A stretch of 64,000 nucleotides of DNA from Dehalococcoidia bacterium. Its GTDB lineage: Bacteria; Chloroflexota; Dehalococcoidia; UBA2979. The stretch is from positions 3,232,001 to 3,296,000 of the forward strand of contig OZ253555.1 of NCBI GenBank assembly GCA_965262725.1, given 5' to 3'. Positions within the stretch are counted from its first letter, which is position 1. Each line of letters begins with the position of its first letter. Under the pieces are notes generated by a model. The model made no database searches, was not told where the DNA came from, and saw only the letters and a list, made by a program, of their open reading frames with translations. The translations under genes were made by a program, and so were the position numbers. Shown here one piece after another: positions 1 through 9,789 of the stretch.

Positions 1-1
1 G

Positions 2-277
2 CTGCGCGACGCGCTCACGGCGTTCACCGAGCGCGACCTGGCGGCGGCGTACCGCGTGGGAGAGGCCGACGACGTGGTGGACGAGCTACAGGAGCGCGTC
101 TACCACGATCTCATCGAGATCATGCTGCGAGACCCGAGCGCCGTCCTGCCGTGTACTCACCTGCTCTGGGTCTCGCACAACCTCGAGCGCATCGCCGACC
201 GCGCCACCAACGTCGCGGAGCGCGCCGTGTTCGCGGCCACCGGCGCGCAGACCGAGATGAACATCTCCACCTACTAG
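2..277 (+). CDS. phoU: Phosphate signalling/transport regulator PhoU, C-terminal part (5' end outside the window)
   Basis: Open frame from base 2: LRDALTAFTERD...DDVVDELQERVYHDLIEIM...HNLERIADRATNVAERAVF, a typical second PhoU repeat. Confidence 0.9.
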   Translation: MRDALTAFTERDLAAAYRVGEADDVVDELQERVYHDLIEIMLRDPSAVLPCTHLLWVSHNLERIADRATNVAERAVFAATGAQTEMNISTY

Positions 278-412
278 GAGCCAGAGCGCCCCCTAGGCGA
301 GCGCTCACGCCGCGACCGCATCGCTCTCGCCCCGCCAGGCGCCCTCGCCGCGCGCTAGAATCGCGGGGCAAGGCGCGACCAAGAGCACACTCGCGAGGCG
401 GAGGTGGGGCAG

Positions 413-1636
413 ATGGAGTGGTCAGACTCGCCCGAGCAGGGCGCCTTCCGCACGGACGTGCGCGCGCTGATCGAGTCGCGGCTCCCCGAGCGCTACCGCG
501 AGATGGCCGCCTCCGACGCGCCGACGGAGGAACAGCCATGGCAGGTGGACCGCATCTCGGCGAACCCGGCGCACCGCGCCGCCGCCGAGGAGTGGCGCGG
601 TGCGCTCGCCGCGAGGGGCTGGGTCGCGCCACACTGGCCCCCGGAGTACGGCGGCGCCGGGCTCTCCCCGATGAACCAGTTCATCCTCAGCCAGGAGATG
701 GCGCGCGCCGGCGCCCCGCGCGTCGGCGGCACCGGCGTCGGAATCCTGGGTCCCGCGCTCATCATCCACGGGTCGGACGAGCAGAAGCGGGAGCACCTGC
801 CGAAGATCCTCTCCGGCGGACGCGTGTGGGCGCAGGGCTTCTCGGAACCGGGGGCGGGCTCGGACCTCGCCTCCCTGCAGACGCGCGCCGTGCGCGACGG
901 CGACGAGTGGGTCATCAACGGGCAGAAGATCTGGACGACGCTCGCGCACACGGTCGACTGGCTCTTTGCGCTGGTACGGACCGACCCGGAGGCGCCGAAG
1001 CACCGCGGGATCAGCTTCCTGATGATGGACAAGGCGACGCCCGGCATCACGGTGCGTCCGCTGATCAACGCGGCGTTCCGCCACAACTTCAACGAGACGT
1101 TCTTCGCGCACGTCCGCGTCCCCGCCTCGCACCTCGTCGGCGAGGAGAACCGCGGCTGGTACGTCGCCATGACGCTGATGGACTTCGAGCGCTCCAACGT
1201 CGGCGGCGCGATCGCGCTCGAGCGCGCCGCGAGGCGCCTCGCCGATTACGCCGGGCGCGAGGCCCACGAGCGCTCCCGCCTCGCGCAGTTGCCGACGCTC
1301 CGGCAGCTCCTGACGGCGCACGTGATCGAGGCCCACGTGCAGCTCAACTTCTCGCTGCGCATCGTCTCGATCCAGGCGCGCGGGGAGGTACCGAACCACG
1401 AGGCCTCGATCAACAAGCTCTTCGGCTCGGAGGCGTCGCAGCGGCTGACGAACACGGCGACCAAGCTGTTCGGCCTCTACTCGAACCTCTGGGACGAGGA
1501 CGAGCCGCTCTCGCCGATGCAGGGATCGGTGGCGCAGGAGTACTGCAACCAGATCCAGAACACGATTGCGGCCGGCACCTCAGAGATCCAGCGCAATGTG
1601 ATCGCGACCAGAGGGCTCGGACTCCCACGCGCCTAG
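413..1636 (+). CDS. Acyl-CoA dehydrogenase family protein (FadE-like)
   Basis: WAQGFSEPGAGSDLASL, INGQKIWTT and IAAGTSEIQRNVIA motifs; ATG at 413 follows GGAGG (alternative GTG at 404). Confidence 0.92.
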   Translation: MEWSDSPEQGAFRTDVRALIESRLPERYREMAASDAPTEEQPWQVDRISANPAHRAAAEEWRGALAARGWVAPHWPPEYGGAGLSPMNQFILSQEMARAGAPRVGGTGVGILGPALIIHGSDEQKREHLPKILSGGRVWAQGFSEPGAGSDLASLQTRAVRDGDEWVINGQKIWTTLAHTVDWLFALVRTDPEAPKHRGISFLMMDKATPGITVRPLINAAFRHNFNETFFAHVRVPASHLVGEENRGWYVAMTLMDFERSNVGGAIALERAARRLADYAGREAHERSRLAQLPTLRQLLTAHVIEAHVQLNFSLRIVSIQARGEVPNHEASINKLFGSEASQRLTNTATKLFGLYSNLWDEDEPLSPMQGSVAQEYCNQIQNTIAAGTSEIQRNVIATRGLGLPRA

Positions 1637-1707
1637 AGGCTTTCCTCAGCGAGGCGCGCGGGCCCACCCCGCCATGACGGCCTCCCGCTCCGCTGCTAGC
1701 ATCTCCG

Positions 1708-2757
1708 GTGCATCCCGCCGGGAGATCCCCCATGGCGACGCCACGCCCACCGCTTTGGACGCGGCGGCGCGTCCTCTGCCTGATCGGCGCGAGCGCCGGC
1801 ACCGGCGCGCTCGTGCTCGCCTGCCGCTCCGAGGACCGCGCCCCGGAGCCCGGGAGTGGCGCAGTCGACACGATGCCGAGGGTCGAGCCGGTGCGGCCCA
1901 CCGCCGCGCCCACGCCGACCCCCACGCCGACCCCCACGCCGACCCCCGCGCCGGCGCCCACGCCCAGGCCTGAGCCGGCGCCCGAGCCCCCGCCCGTCCC
2001 GCCGGCCGGCCTCGTCGAGCGGGCGCTCCTGCCCGGGACGCCCTGGGAGACCCCGGTGTTCCTGCGCCACTCCGGCGTGCGCGGCCCCACAGTGATGGTG
2101 CTCGGGGGCGTGCACGGCAACGAACCAGGCGGGTGGCTCGCCGCCGAGCGTCTTCCTGAGATCGAGGTCACCCGCGGCAGCCTCATCGTCGTGCCGCGCG
2201 CCAATGTGATCGCGACCAGGCTCCACGAGCGCACGACCGACGATCTCGGCGACCTCAACCGCCTCTACCCGGGCTCGCCACTCGCCGAGCTCCCGATGGC
2301 GCGCATGGCGTCGCGCCTGATCGCGCTCGCCCGCCAGTACCGCGCCGAGCTCCTGCTCGACCTGCACGAGTCGTGGCAGTTCTACGTCGAGCGGACGATC
2401 CAGGGCACCGCCGCGATCGGGCAAACGATGTCGGCGGGACCCGGCCCCGAGCAGGGCACGATCGCGCAGGCGATCGCGGAGCGCGTCAACGCGCAGGTGG
2501 AGAGCGAGCGCGAGCTGCTGGTGGTCCGTACGCGCTTCGGCCGATCCTCCACGGGCGATCCGGACGTCGACGGCGGGTCGTGGAGCTCGGGCTTCGTCCC
2601 GGGTCGGGGCCGTAGCTCGCTCTCGGTTGGCGGCCACGTGGAGGGACTGACGCCGGTGCTGGTCGAGATGGGCCAGGAGCGCCAGCCCGTCGGCCGCCGT
2701 GCCGAACTCCACCAGGCAGTCGTGCAGGCCGCGCTCGAGCTACGCGAGATGCTCTAG
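1708..2757 (+). CDS. Exported M14-type metallohydrolase (succinylglutamate desuccinylase/aspartoacylase family); Tat lipoprotein with Pro/Thr linker
   Basis: TRRRVL twin-arginine and LAC lipobox; GGVHGNE, DLNRLYPG, DLHES and VEMG motifs; start may be 1708 or 1732. Confidence 0.8.
   Translation: MHPAGRSPMATPRPPLWTRRRVLCLIGASAGTGALVLACRSEDRAPEPGSGAVDTMPRVEPVRPTAAPTPTPTPTPTPTPAPAPTPRPEPAPEPPPVPPAGLVERALLPGTPWETPVFLRHSGVRGPTVMVLGGVHGNEPGGWLAAERLPEIEVTRGSLIVVPRANVIATRLHERTTDDLGDLNRLYPGSPLAELPMARMASRLIALARQYRAELLLDLHESWQFYVERTIQGTAAIGQTMSAGPGPEQGTIAQAIAERVNAQVESERELLVVRTRFGRSSTGDPDVDGGSWSSGFVPGRGRSSLSVGGHVEGLTPVLVEMGQERQPVGRRAELHQAVVQAALELREML
1909..1968 (+). repeat. 12-bp tandem repeat (cccacgccgacc x3 plus degenerate copies) encoding a PTPT linker
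   Basis: Directly visible in the sequence. Confidence 0.9.
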
Positions 2758-2847
2758 CCCCCGACCGGCCCGGCCGCTCAACCGGCGATGTCGGTGGTAT
2801 CCTCCCGCCGCCGCGCGCTCAGCGGCGAGACCGCACGGGAGGTCCCG

Positions 2848-3612
2848 ATGTGCTTCGAGTTCGATTCCCGCCCGCCCGTCCCGCCCATCGCCGGCGCCTC
2901 CGTCGACGCCGAGGATCTGGTTCTTCGCTCCACGGACGGCACGCCGTTCGCGGCCTACGCGGCCCGCTCCCGCGAGGCCCGGGGGCCGGCGGTGGTGGTC
3001 ATGCCGGACGTGCGAGGGCTCTTCCGCTTCTATGAGGAGCTCGCGCTCCGCTTTGCCGAGCACGGCTACGACGCGATCGCGATCGACTACTTCGGCCGGA
3101 CCGCGGGCGTCGGAAAGCGCGAGGAGGAGTTCACGTTCGCGGAGCACATCGCGCAGACGAAGCTCGGCTACCTCACGCAGGACGTCGCGGCGGCGGTGCG
3201 CGAGCTGCGGGTCGGGGCGGGCAGTGAGCGGCGCCCCGTCTTCACCATCGGCTTCTGCTTCGGCGGCAGCAATTCCTGGCTGCAGGCGGCAGGCGGGCAC
3301 GGGCTCAACGGCGCCATCGGCTTCTACGGACACCCCACGCGAGCGGGGCGCGACGGATCGCCGCCGGCCATCGACCGCGTCACCGAGTTCGAATGCCCGA
3401 TCCTGGCGCTAATGGGCGGCGATGACCCCGCGATCCCTCCCGAGGAGGTGAAGCGCTACGAAGAGTCGCTCACCGCGGCCGGCATCGAGAACGAGGTCCA
3501 GATCTACCAGGGGGCGCCACACTCCTTCTTCGACCGCCGCCACGAGGAGCACGGCGAGGCGTCGGCGGACGCCTGGGAGCGCGTGCTCGCCTTCATCGAG
3601 GCGCACGCGTAG
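2848..3612 (+). CDS. Dienelactone hydrolase family protein
   Basis: GFCFGG Cys nucleophile, MGGDD acid and YQGAPHSF His; ATG at 2848 follows GGGAGG. Confidence 0.9.
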   Translation: MCFEFDSRPPVPPIAGASVDAEDLVLRSTDGTPFAAYAARSREARGPAVVVMPDVRGLFRFYEELALRFAEHGYDAIAIDYFGRTAGVGKREEEFTFAEHIAQTKLGYLTQDVAAAVRELRVGAGSERRPVFTIGFCFGGSNSWLQAAGGHGLNGAIGFYGHPTRAGRDGSPPAIDRVTEFECPILALMGGDDPAIPPEEVKRYEESLTAAGIENEVQIYQGAPHSFFDRRHEEHGEASADAWERVLAFIEAHA

Positions 3613-3640
3613 GCACCCACCCCGACGCCGGGCGGGCGCT

Positions 3641-4609
3641 CTACGTCACGACGTTCTCGGGGCGCCCCCGAAGGAAGGCCACGGCGTTCGCGACGGCATC
3701 CCCGAGCATGAAGGTGTGGCCCTCGGCGTTGTTGTCGGCGATGTGCGGCGAGAGCACGACCTGCTCGCAGCCCCGGAGCGGATGATCGGCCGGGAGCGGC
3801 TCCGGGTCGAAGACGTCGAGACCCGCGGCGCCGAGGTGCCCCGAGTCGAGCGCCTCGACGAGCGCGTCGGTGTCGACGACGTCGCCCCGGGAGCCGTTGA
3901 CGAGGATCGCTCCCCGCTTCATGCGCGCCAGCTGCTCGCGACCGATCAACCCGCGCGTTTCGTTGGAGGAGGCCACGTGGAGCGACACCGCGTCGGAGCT
4001 TGAGAGCAGCTCGTCAAACTCGACGTAGCGCAACCCGAGGGCGCGCGCCTTCTCCTCGCTGGGGTGAAAGCTCCACGCCACCACCTCCATCCCGATCGCC
4101 CGCCCGAGCTGCGCCATGCGCGAGCCGGTGTTCCCCGTACCGACCACACCGAGCCGCTTCCCCGCGAGGTAGACGGTCTCGCGCCGCGTCCAGCGGCCCG
4201 CCTGGATCTCCGCCGTGTGGAAGCCGAGGAGCTTGGCGGCCGCGAGCAGGAGCGCGAACTCGTGCTCGGCGACGATCGGCGCCGTGTTGCCGCCTTGGTG
4301 CGCAACCGTCACACCGAACTCGCGCGCCGCGTCGAGGTTCACCATGTCGGTGCCCACGGAGCTGAGCGAGAGCATCCGCAGCTCCCGCAGCTGCGAGAGC
4401 AGCCGGTAGCCCCACGGGAGCGGGGCCGCGTTGATGATGACGTGCGCGCCCCGGGCCGCCTTCAGCCGATCCGCGGGCGTCGCGGACGGCTCGAGGTAGA
4501 CCTCCACCGAGCCGAAGGCGCCGAGAGGCGCGAGGGTCTCCTGATCGGGCGGCGGCCCGCCCTCCGGGTCGGCGAAGACGACGATGCGGAGGGCGGCGGA
4601 CTCGCTCAT
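3641..4609 (-). CDS. D-isomer-specific 2-hydroxyacid dehydrogenase (SerA/LdhA-like)
   Basis: GVVGTGNTG Rossmann motif, MKRGAILVNGSRG, AGLDVFDPEP, SPHIA. Confidence 0.9.
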   Translation of the reverse strand: MSESAALRIVVFADPEGGPPPDQETLAPLGAFGSVEVYLEPSATPADRLKAARGAHVIINAAPLPWGYRLLSQLRELRMLSLSSVGTDMVNLDAAREFGVTVAHQGGNTAPIVAEHEFALLLAAAKLLGFHTAEIQAGRWTRRETVYLAGKRLGVVGTGNTGSRMAQLGRAIGMEVVAWSFHPSEEKARALGLRYVEFDELLSSSDAVSLHVASSNETRGLIGREQLARMKRGAILVNGSRGDVVDTDALVEALDSGHLGAAGLDVFDPEPLPADHPLRGCEQVVLSPHIADNNAEGHTFMLGDAVANAVAFLRGRPENVVT

Positions 4610-4716
4610 AGCGTGGAGGATACGCCCCTGAGGAGGCGTGGGCGGCAGGCCGAGCGAGCCCGGCCTCCGCGGTATAGGCTCTGGCGGGGAGAGCACCGGC
4701 GGGGGGAGGAGACGCG

Positions 4717-5619
4717 ATGCGCTTCAGCGCGTGGCCGGCGCCGGCACCCTGGGCGACGCTGCTTGCCCAGTGGGAGCACGTCGAGGCGACCGGCTGGGAC
4801 GGCGCCTGGATCATGGACCACTTCATGCCGGTCGGCGCTCCCGCGGACGCCCCCGTTAGCGAGGCGTGGACGGCTCTCGGCGCGCTCGCCGCGCGGGTGC
4901 CGCGGATCCGCCTCGGCACGATGGTCACCGGCAACACCTACCGCCACCCCGCCGTGCTCGCGAAGATGGCGGCCACCGTCGACGACATCTCGGGCGGGCG
5001 CCTCGTTCTGGGCCTCGGAGCGGGCTGGCAGCGCGACGAGCACGACGCCTACGGCATCGAGCTGCCGCCCGTCCCCGAGCGGCTCGCCCGACTGGAGGAG
5101 GCCGCCCGCGTCATCCGTACCCTCTTCGCCGAGGAGCGCGCCGGCTTCGAGGGACGCCACTACCGCCTCTCCGACGCGCCGCTCGCGCCGAAGCCGGTGC
5201 AGCGCCCGGGGCCGCCGCTCCTGATCGGCGGCGGCGGGGAGCGGGTGACGCTGCGCATCGCGGCCCGCTACGCGGACGAGTGGAACGTCTGGGGCCTGCC
5301 CGAGCAGATCGCCGCGAAGAGCACCGTGCTGGATCGCCACTGCGAGCGGCAGGGCCGCGACCCGGCGAGCATCCGCCGCACCGCCTGCGCGCAGCTCCTC
5401 GTCACCGACGACCCGCAGGAGGCCGCGCGCGCGCGCCGCGCCGGCCGCGTCACGCTCGCCGGAAGCGCGGAGGAGTTGCGCGAGGTGGTCGGGCGCTACC
5501 TGGAGATCGGGCTCGACGAGCTAGTCATCGCCGCATACGACACGTCGAGCTACGGCGCGATCACGCTCGACGCGCTCGATCGCTTCATCGAGGAGGTCGC
5601 ACCGCCGTACCGGGAGTAG
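4717..5619 (+). CDS. LLM-class, probably F420-dependent, oxidoreductase
   Basis: MDHF, RIRLGTMVTGNTYRHPAVLAKMAATVD, SGGRLVLGLGAGW, PPLLIGGGGE. Confidence 0.9.
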   Translation: MRFSAWPAPAPWATLLAQWEHVEATGWDGAWIMDHFMPVGAPADAPVSEAWTALGALAARVPRIRLGTMVTGNTYRHPAVLAKMAATVDDISGGRLVLGLGAGWQRDEHDAYGIELPPVPERLARLEEAARVIRTLFAEERAGFEGRHYRLSDAPLAPKPVQRPGPPLLIGGGGERVTLRIAARYADEWNVWGLPEQIAAKSTVLDRHCERQGRDPASIRRTACAQLLVTDDPQEAARARRAGRVTLAGSAEELREVVGRYLEIGLDELVIAAYDTSSYGAITLDALDRFIEEVAPPYRE

Positions 5620-5650
5620 GCCACGGCGGCGCGGCGCGAGGGGATCGACG

Positions 5651-6451
5651 ATGCCGATATTCGAGACCGCGGATGTGCGCCTCCACTACGCGGACGCAGG
5701 CACTGGGGCGCCCGCGCTCCTCTTCGTGCACGGCTGGTCCTCGAACGTGCGCCACTGGGAGCCGCAGGCGCGGCACTTCCGCCGGCGTCACCGCGTGCTG
5801 CGCATCGACCTGCGCGGCCACGGCCGCTCGCCGGCTCCCGACCTTCCGGTCCCCGGCTACTCGATCCCGCGGCACGCCGAGGACCTCGGCGCCCTCCTGG
5901 GGCGGCTCGGGCTATCCGGCGTCGTGGCGATCGGGCATTCGAGCGGCGGATGGGTGGCGCTTGAGCTCGCGGCGCGCTTCCCGGAGCTCGTGCGGGCCGT
6001 CGTCGTCGTCGACTCCGGCTTCGATCCCGCTGTGCCTGCGGAGGCGCTGGAGCGGCACCCGATCCTCCGGCATCTCGGGCGCGGCCCCTTCGCGGAGCAG
6101 ATCGCTCAGTCCTATCGCGGGATGTTCCGCGACTTCTCCGACCCGGCGATGCGCGAGCGGACCGCCGCCGAGGCGGCCGCCACCTCTCCCCTCGCCTCCG
6201 AGCGAACCGTGCGCGCGAACCTGAGCACCGACCGCGCTGCCATCGCGCGGGCCGTCCGGCAGCCGGTACTGTGCGTCTACGCCTCGAACACACCCCGCAG
6301 CGCCGAGGAGATCCGGAGCGTCATCCCGCAGGCACAGTTCGCGCAGGTCGTGGGGGCCGGGCACTTCCTGCAGCTCGAGGTGCCGGCGCAGCTGAACGCA
6401 ATGATCGCGCGCTTCCTCGAATTGCTGCCCGATGTCAGCGGCGAAGGGTAG
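5651..6451 (+). CDS. Alpha/beta fold hydrolase
   Basis: FVHGW, DLRGHGRS, GHSSGG nucleophile elbow, GAGHF. Confidence 0.9.
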   Translation: MPIFETADVRLHYADAGTGAPALLFVHGWSSNVRHWEPQARHFRRRHRVLRIDLRGHGRSPAPDLPVPGYSIPRHAEDLGALLGRLGLSGVVAIGHSSGGWVALELAARFPELVRAVVVVDSGFDPAVPAEALERHPILRHLGRGPFAEQIAQSYRGMFRDFSDPAMRERTAAEAAATSPLASERTVRANLSTDRAAIARAVRQPVLCVYASNTPRSAEEIRSVIPQAQFAQVVGAGHFLQLEVPAQLNAMIARFLELLPDVSGEG

Positions 6452-7250
6452 CGGGGCCGCCCGCGCGGGGACGTCGACCGTCGCTCTCCACCACATCGAC
6501 GAGGGCTCGGGCGCGCCAGTCCTGCTCTTCATCCACGGCTGGCTGCGCTCGACCGCCGACTGGTCCCGGCAGGCGCGCGCGTTCCGCAGCCGGCACCGCG
6601 TGATCCGGGTCGACTTGCGCGGTCACGGCCACTCGCCGGCTCCCCCCGGCGGCTACGCGCGCCGCGAGCTCGCCGCAGACGTGGTGGCGCTCATGGAGCG
6701 GCTCGAGCTCTCCAACGTCGTGCTCGTCGGCCACTCGATGGGCTGTGGCGTCGCCCTCGACGTGGCGGTCGCCGCGCCCCGGCGGGTATGTGCTCTCGCA
6801 CTCGTCGACGGGGTCGGCCCTAGGGAGCCGTTGACGCGCGCCGAGATCGACGCGCACCCGTTCATGAGCGCCGTCTCCGGCCCGGACTACCGCGAGCGCG
6901 TCATGGAGCTCGCGAGCGGCGGCATCTCGTTCACGCCCCGGAGCGATCCGCGGCTCGTCTGGCGCATCCCCCGAGAGAGCGTGCGGACGCCCCAGCACGT
7001 GGCCGTCGGGTCGCTCCGCGGCGCCGTGCTGGCCAACCGCTCCGCGGCGTGGGGGACACTGAGGCAGCCGATCCTCTGCGTCGCGTCGAGCAACGTGCGC
7101 GTCAGCGCCGCCGCGGTTCGCGAGGTGCTGCCCAATGCGGAGTTCGGCCAAGTCGTCGGCTCCGGGCACTGGGTCCAGCTCGAGGCGGCCCCCCAGCTCC
7201 ACGCGATGCTCCGTGCCTTCCTCAAGGGGGTGGCTGAGCGCTGCTCCTGA
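6432..7250 (+). CDS. Alpha/beta fold hydrolase, paralogue of the upstream gene
   Basis: FIHGW, DLRGHGHS, GHSMG, GSGHW. Confidence 0.9.
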   Translation: MSAAKGSGAARAGTSTVALHHIDEGSGAPVLLFIHGWLRSTADWSRQARAFRSRHRVIRVDLRGHGHSPAPPGGYARRELAADVVALMERLELSNVVLVGHSMGCGVALDVAVAAPRRVCALALVDGVGPREPLTRAEIDAHPFMSAVSGPDYRERVMELASGGISFTPRSDPRLVWRIPRESVRTPQHVAVGSLRGAVLANRSAAWGTLRQPILCVASSNVRVSAAAVREVLPNAEFGQVVGSGHWVQLEAAPQLHAMLRAFLKGVAERCS

Positions 7251-7301
7251 GTCCGGGTCGCCGCGCGCTCCGCGGACCGCACGCTCCCGCCTGACGCGGC
7301 C

Positions 7302-8660
7302 CTACGTGCAGGCGCGGCGCACGATCCCGTACATCAGCCTGCAGCCCAGCGCGAGGTTTTCTACCGTGATGAACTCGTCGTGCGCGTGGAAACCGCGCCG
7401 CTCCTCCGCGGAGAGGAGGGCCGGTATCATCCCGTAGGCCGCGACGCCGCGCGGACGCAGGAAACGATTGTCGGTGCCGTAGGCCGAGGTGGTGAGGGCA
7501 ACCACGGCGCCCGGCATCTCCTCCGCAACCGTCTCGCGGATGGCATCCATGAGCGCCGTCTCCGACGGCGCGATCGCCATCGGGAGCCTCGGTCCTCGCC
7601 GCTTCATCTCCACGCGGACGCGGTCGTCGCCGATGCGATCCTCGACGGCGGCGATCCACTCCTCGGGCGTGGTCCCGGGGAGCAGGCGACAGTCGAGCGT
7701 CGCCTCGGCGGTGGCGGGAATCATGTTGCTCTTCACGCCCGCCGAGATCAGCGTGACGTTGAGGGTGGTCGTGAAGAGGGCGAGTCGCTCCGGGTCGGCC
7801 ACGACCGCGATGCGCAGCGCCTCTTCGCGCGCGAGAGGCGGCAGCAACCCGGCCTCGCTGAGGCGCTCCACGTAGGCGCGGGCCGGCGGCGTGAACGTGA
7901 GTCCGCGTTCCCAGTCGGCGAGCCGCCCGAGCGCCCGGATCAGGTGCAGCGCCGCGTTGTCCTCGTGCGGCTGGCTCGCGTGCCCGCCGCGGCCCCGCGC
8001 GACCAGGCGCAGCTCGCACATCTCCTTCTCCGCGATGGCCACCGAGAACAGCGCCGGCTCGCCGTCGGAACCTCCCGGCTGTCCGACGGCGCCCTCGTTC
8101 AGCTCGAACTCGACGTCGACGAGCGCCGGGTGATGCTCGCAGAGCCACGCCATCCCGACATCCGAGCCCACCTCCTCGTCGGGCAGCGCGCAGAAGACGA
8201 TGTCGCGGCGCAGCGCGGTCCCCTGCCGGTGGGCCAGCAGCACCGCCAGGAGCTGCATGACGCCGCAGCCCTTCATGTCGACGGCACCGCGACCGTAGAT
8301 GCGGCCGTTCACGAGCTCCGCGGCGAAGGGCGGGTGGGTCCAGTGCTCGTCCTCGACCGGGACGACGTCGGTGTGGTTGGCGAGCATCAGCGGGCGTTCG
8401 CTGCCATCGCCGGCGAGCCGGGCGATCAGGATCTCGCGGCCCGGGGACGGCTCCAGGTACTCGCAGGGAATGCCCTCCGCCTCGAGGATGCCGCCCAGGA
8501 ATCGCGCCGCCTCCCCCTCGTTCCCCGGTGGATTGCGCGTGTCGATGCGCAGGTAGCGCCGCAGGATCTCCACGGCCTCGTTCTCGACGACCCGCCAGTC
8601 GATCGCAGCGGCCGCAGCCATCCTGCCCCCGTCCCCGCACGCCCTCGGCGATGATGCCAC
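7302..8660 (-). CDS. M20/M25/M40 family metallopeptidase/deacylase
   Basis: NHTDVVP, GRGAVDMKG, DEEVG, GGHAS and HAHDE motifs; GTG at 8660 has TAGCAT 6 nt upstream (alternative ATG at 8621). Confidence 0.9.
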   Translation of the reverse strand: MASSPRACGDGGRMAAAAAIDWRVVENEAVEILRRYLRIDTRNPPGNEGEAARFLGGILEAEGIPCEYLEPSPGREILIARLAGDGSERPLMLANHTDVVPVEDEHWTHPPFAAELVNGRIYGRGAVDMKGCGVMQLLAVLLAHRQGTALRRDIVFCALPDEEVGSDVGMAWLCEHHPALVDVEFELNEGAVGQPGGSDGEPALFSVAIAEKEMCELRLVARGRGGHASQPHEDNAALHLIRALGRLADWERGLTFTPPARAYVERLSEAGLLPPLAREEALRIAVVADPERLALFTTTLNVTLISAGVKSNMIPATAEATLDCRLLPGTTPEEWIAAVEDRIGDDRVRVEMKRRGPRLPMAIAPSETALMDAIRETVAEEMPGAVVALTTSAYGTDNRFLRPRGVAAYGMIPALLSAEERRGFHAHDEFITVENLALGCRLMYGIVRRACT

Positions 8661-8822
8661 GGGGCGATGCTACCCGCGCCGCGCCGGCGAGACCGCGGAT
8701 GGCCGAGGCCGACATCGACCGCCGAAGCGCGCGCCCGGCCGGTCCGCTCCGCCGATCCCCGGTCGCTGGGGATATGCTCGCCCCGACCGAAGGGTCCGGA
8801 CGGAGGGCGCGGGGAGGGCGAC

Positions 8823-9776
8823 ATGGAGCAGCGGGACTTCGGGCGGCTCGGAGCGGTCTCCGTGCTCTCCCTGGGGGGCGGCGGAATCGGGCAGGTGTGG
8901 GGAGCGACGAGCCGCGCCGAGGCGGTCGCGACCACCCGCGAGGCGGTCGACTCCGGCATCACGCTCCTCGACGTCGCGCCCGGGTACGGCCGCGGCGAGG
9001 CGGAGCGGGTCGTCGGCGAGGCGTTCTCGGGACGTCTCCCAGGTACGGTCCGCGTCGTGACCAAGTTCCGGCTCGGCGCCCCGCCCGAGACGGAGGTCGA
9101 AGACCGGATCACGAAGAGCCTCGACGAGAGCCTCGAACGGATGCGTCTTCGGCGCGCCGACTTGCTTCTGCTCCACAACCCCATCGTCTGGGACGACGAC
9201 CAGGAGACCCCCGGCACCCCGAGCCGTCTCTTCGCGGACTCGGTTCGCCCCGCGCTCGAGCGGCTCGTGCGGTCGGGGCGCATCGGCGCCTGGGGGATTA
9301 CCGGGATCGGCGTCCCGGATCCCGTGATCGCCGCGCTCGGCGACGATCCGCGTCCGGCCGCCGTGCAGTGCATCGCCAACCTGCTCGACTCGGCCGGCGC
9401 GCTGCGGCGCTTCCCCGGGCCGGCGCGGCCGCGTGAGATCATCGCGGCGGCCGCCGCCCACGGCGTCCCGGTCATGGGCATCCGCGCGGTCCAGGCCGGC
9501 GCGCTCACCGACGACTTCGACCGCGAGCTCCCGGCGGATCACCCCGATCGCGCCGACTACGACCGCGGCGCCCCCTTCCGCGCCCTCGCGCTCGAAGTCG
9601 GGGAGAGCCCGGCCTCGCTCGCCCACCGCTACGCGCTCTCCATGCCGCGAGTGGCGACCGTCGTCCTCGGCGTGAAGAACCGTGCCGAGCTCCGCGAGTG
9701 CCTGGAGGCCGAGCGCCGGGGAACGCTCGACGGCGAGCTGCTCGCGCGGATCGACGACTCGGTGCGCGAGCGCTGA
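8823..9776 (+). CDS. Aldo/keto reductase
   Basis: LSLGGGG, GITLLDVAPGYG, VVTKF, SLERM..ADLLLLHN; RBS GGAGGG before ATG 8823. Confidence 0.9.
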   Translation: MEQRDFGRLGAVSVLSLGGGGIGQVWGATSRAEAVATTREAVDSGITLLDVAPGYGRGEAERVVGEAFSGRLPGTVRVVTKFRLGAPPETEVEDRITKSLDESLERMRLRRADLLLLHNPIVWDDDQETPGTPSRLFADSVRPALERLVRSGRIGAWGITGIGVPDPVIAALGDDPRPAAVQCIANLLDSAGALRRFPGPARPREIIAAAAAHGVPVMGIRAVQAGALTDDFDRELPADHPDRADYDRGAPFRALALEVGESPASLAHRYALSMPRVATVVLGVKNRAELRECLEAERRGTLDGELLARIDDSVRER

Positions 9777-9789
9777 GCGGACGCCCGGG

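Noticed and set aside
1594-2219. Identical 18-mer caatgtgatcgcgaccag at 1594-1611 and 2202-2219
   Set aside because: Both copies lie in coding frames and encode NVIATR; the CRP-like TGTGA half-site has no matching second half. Most likely coincidence.
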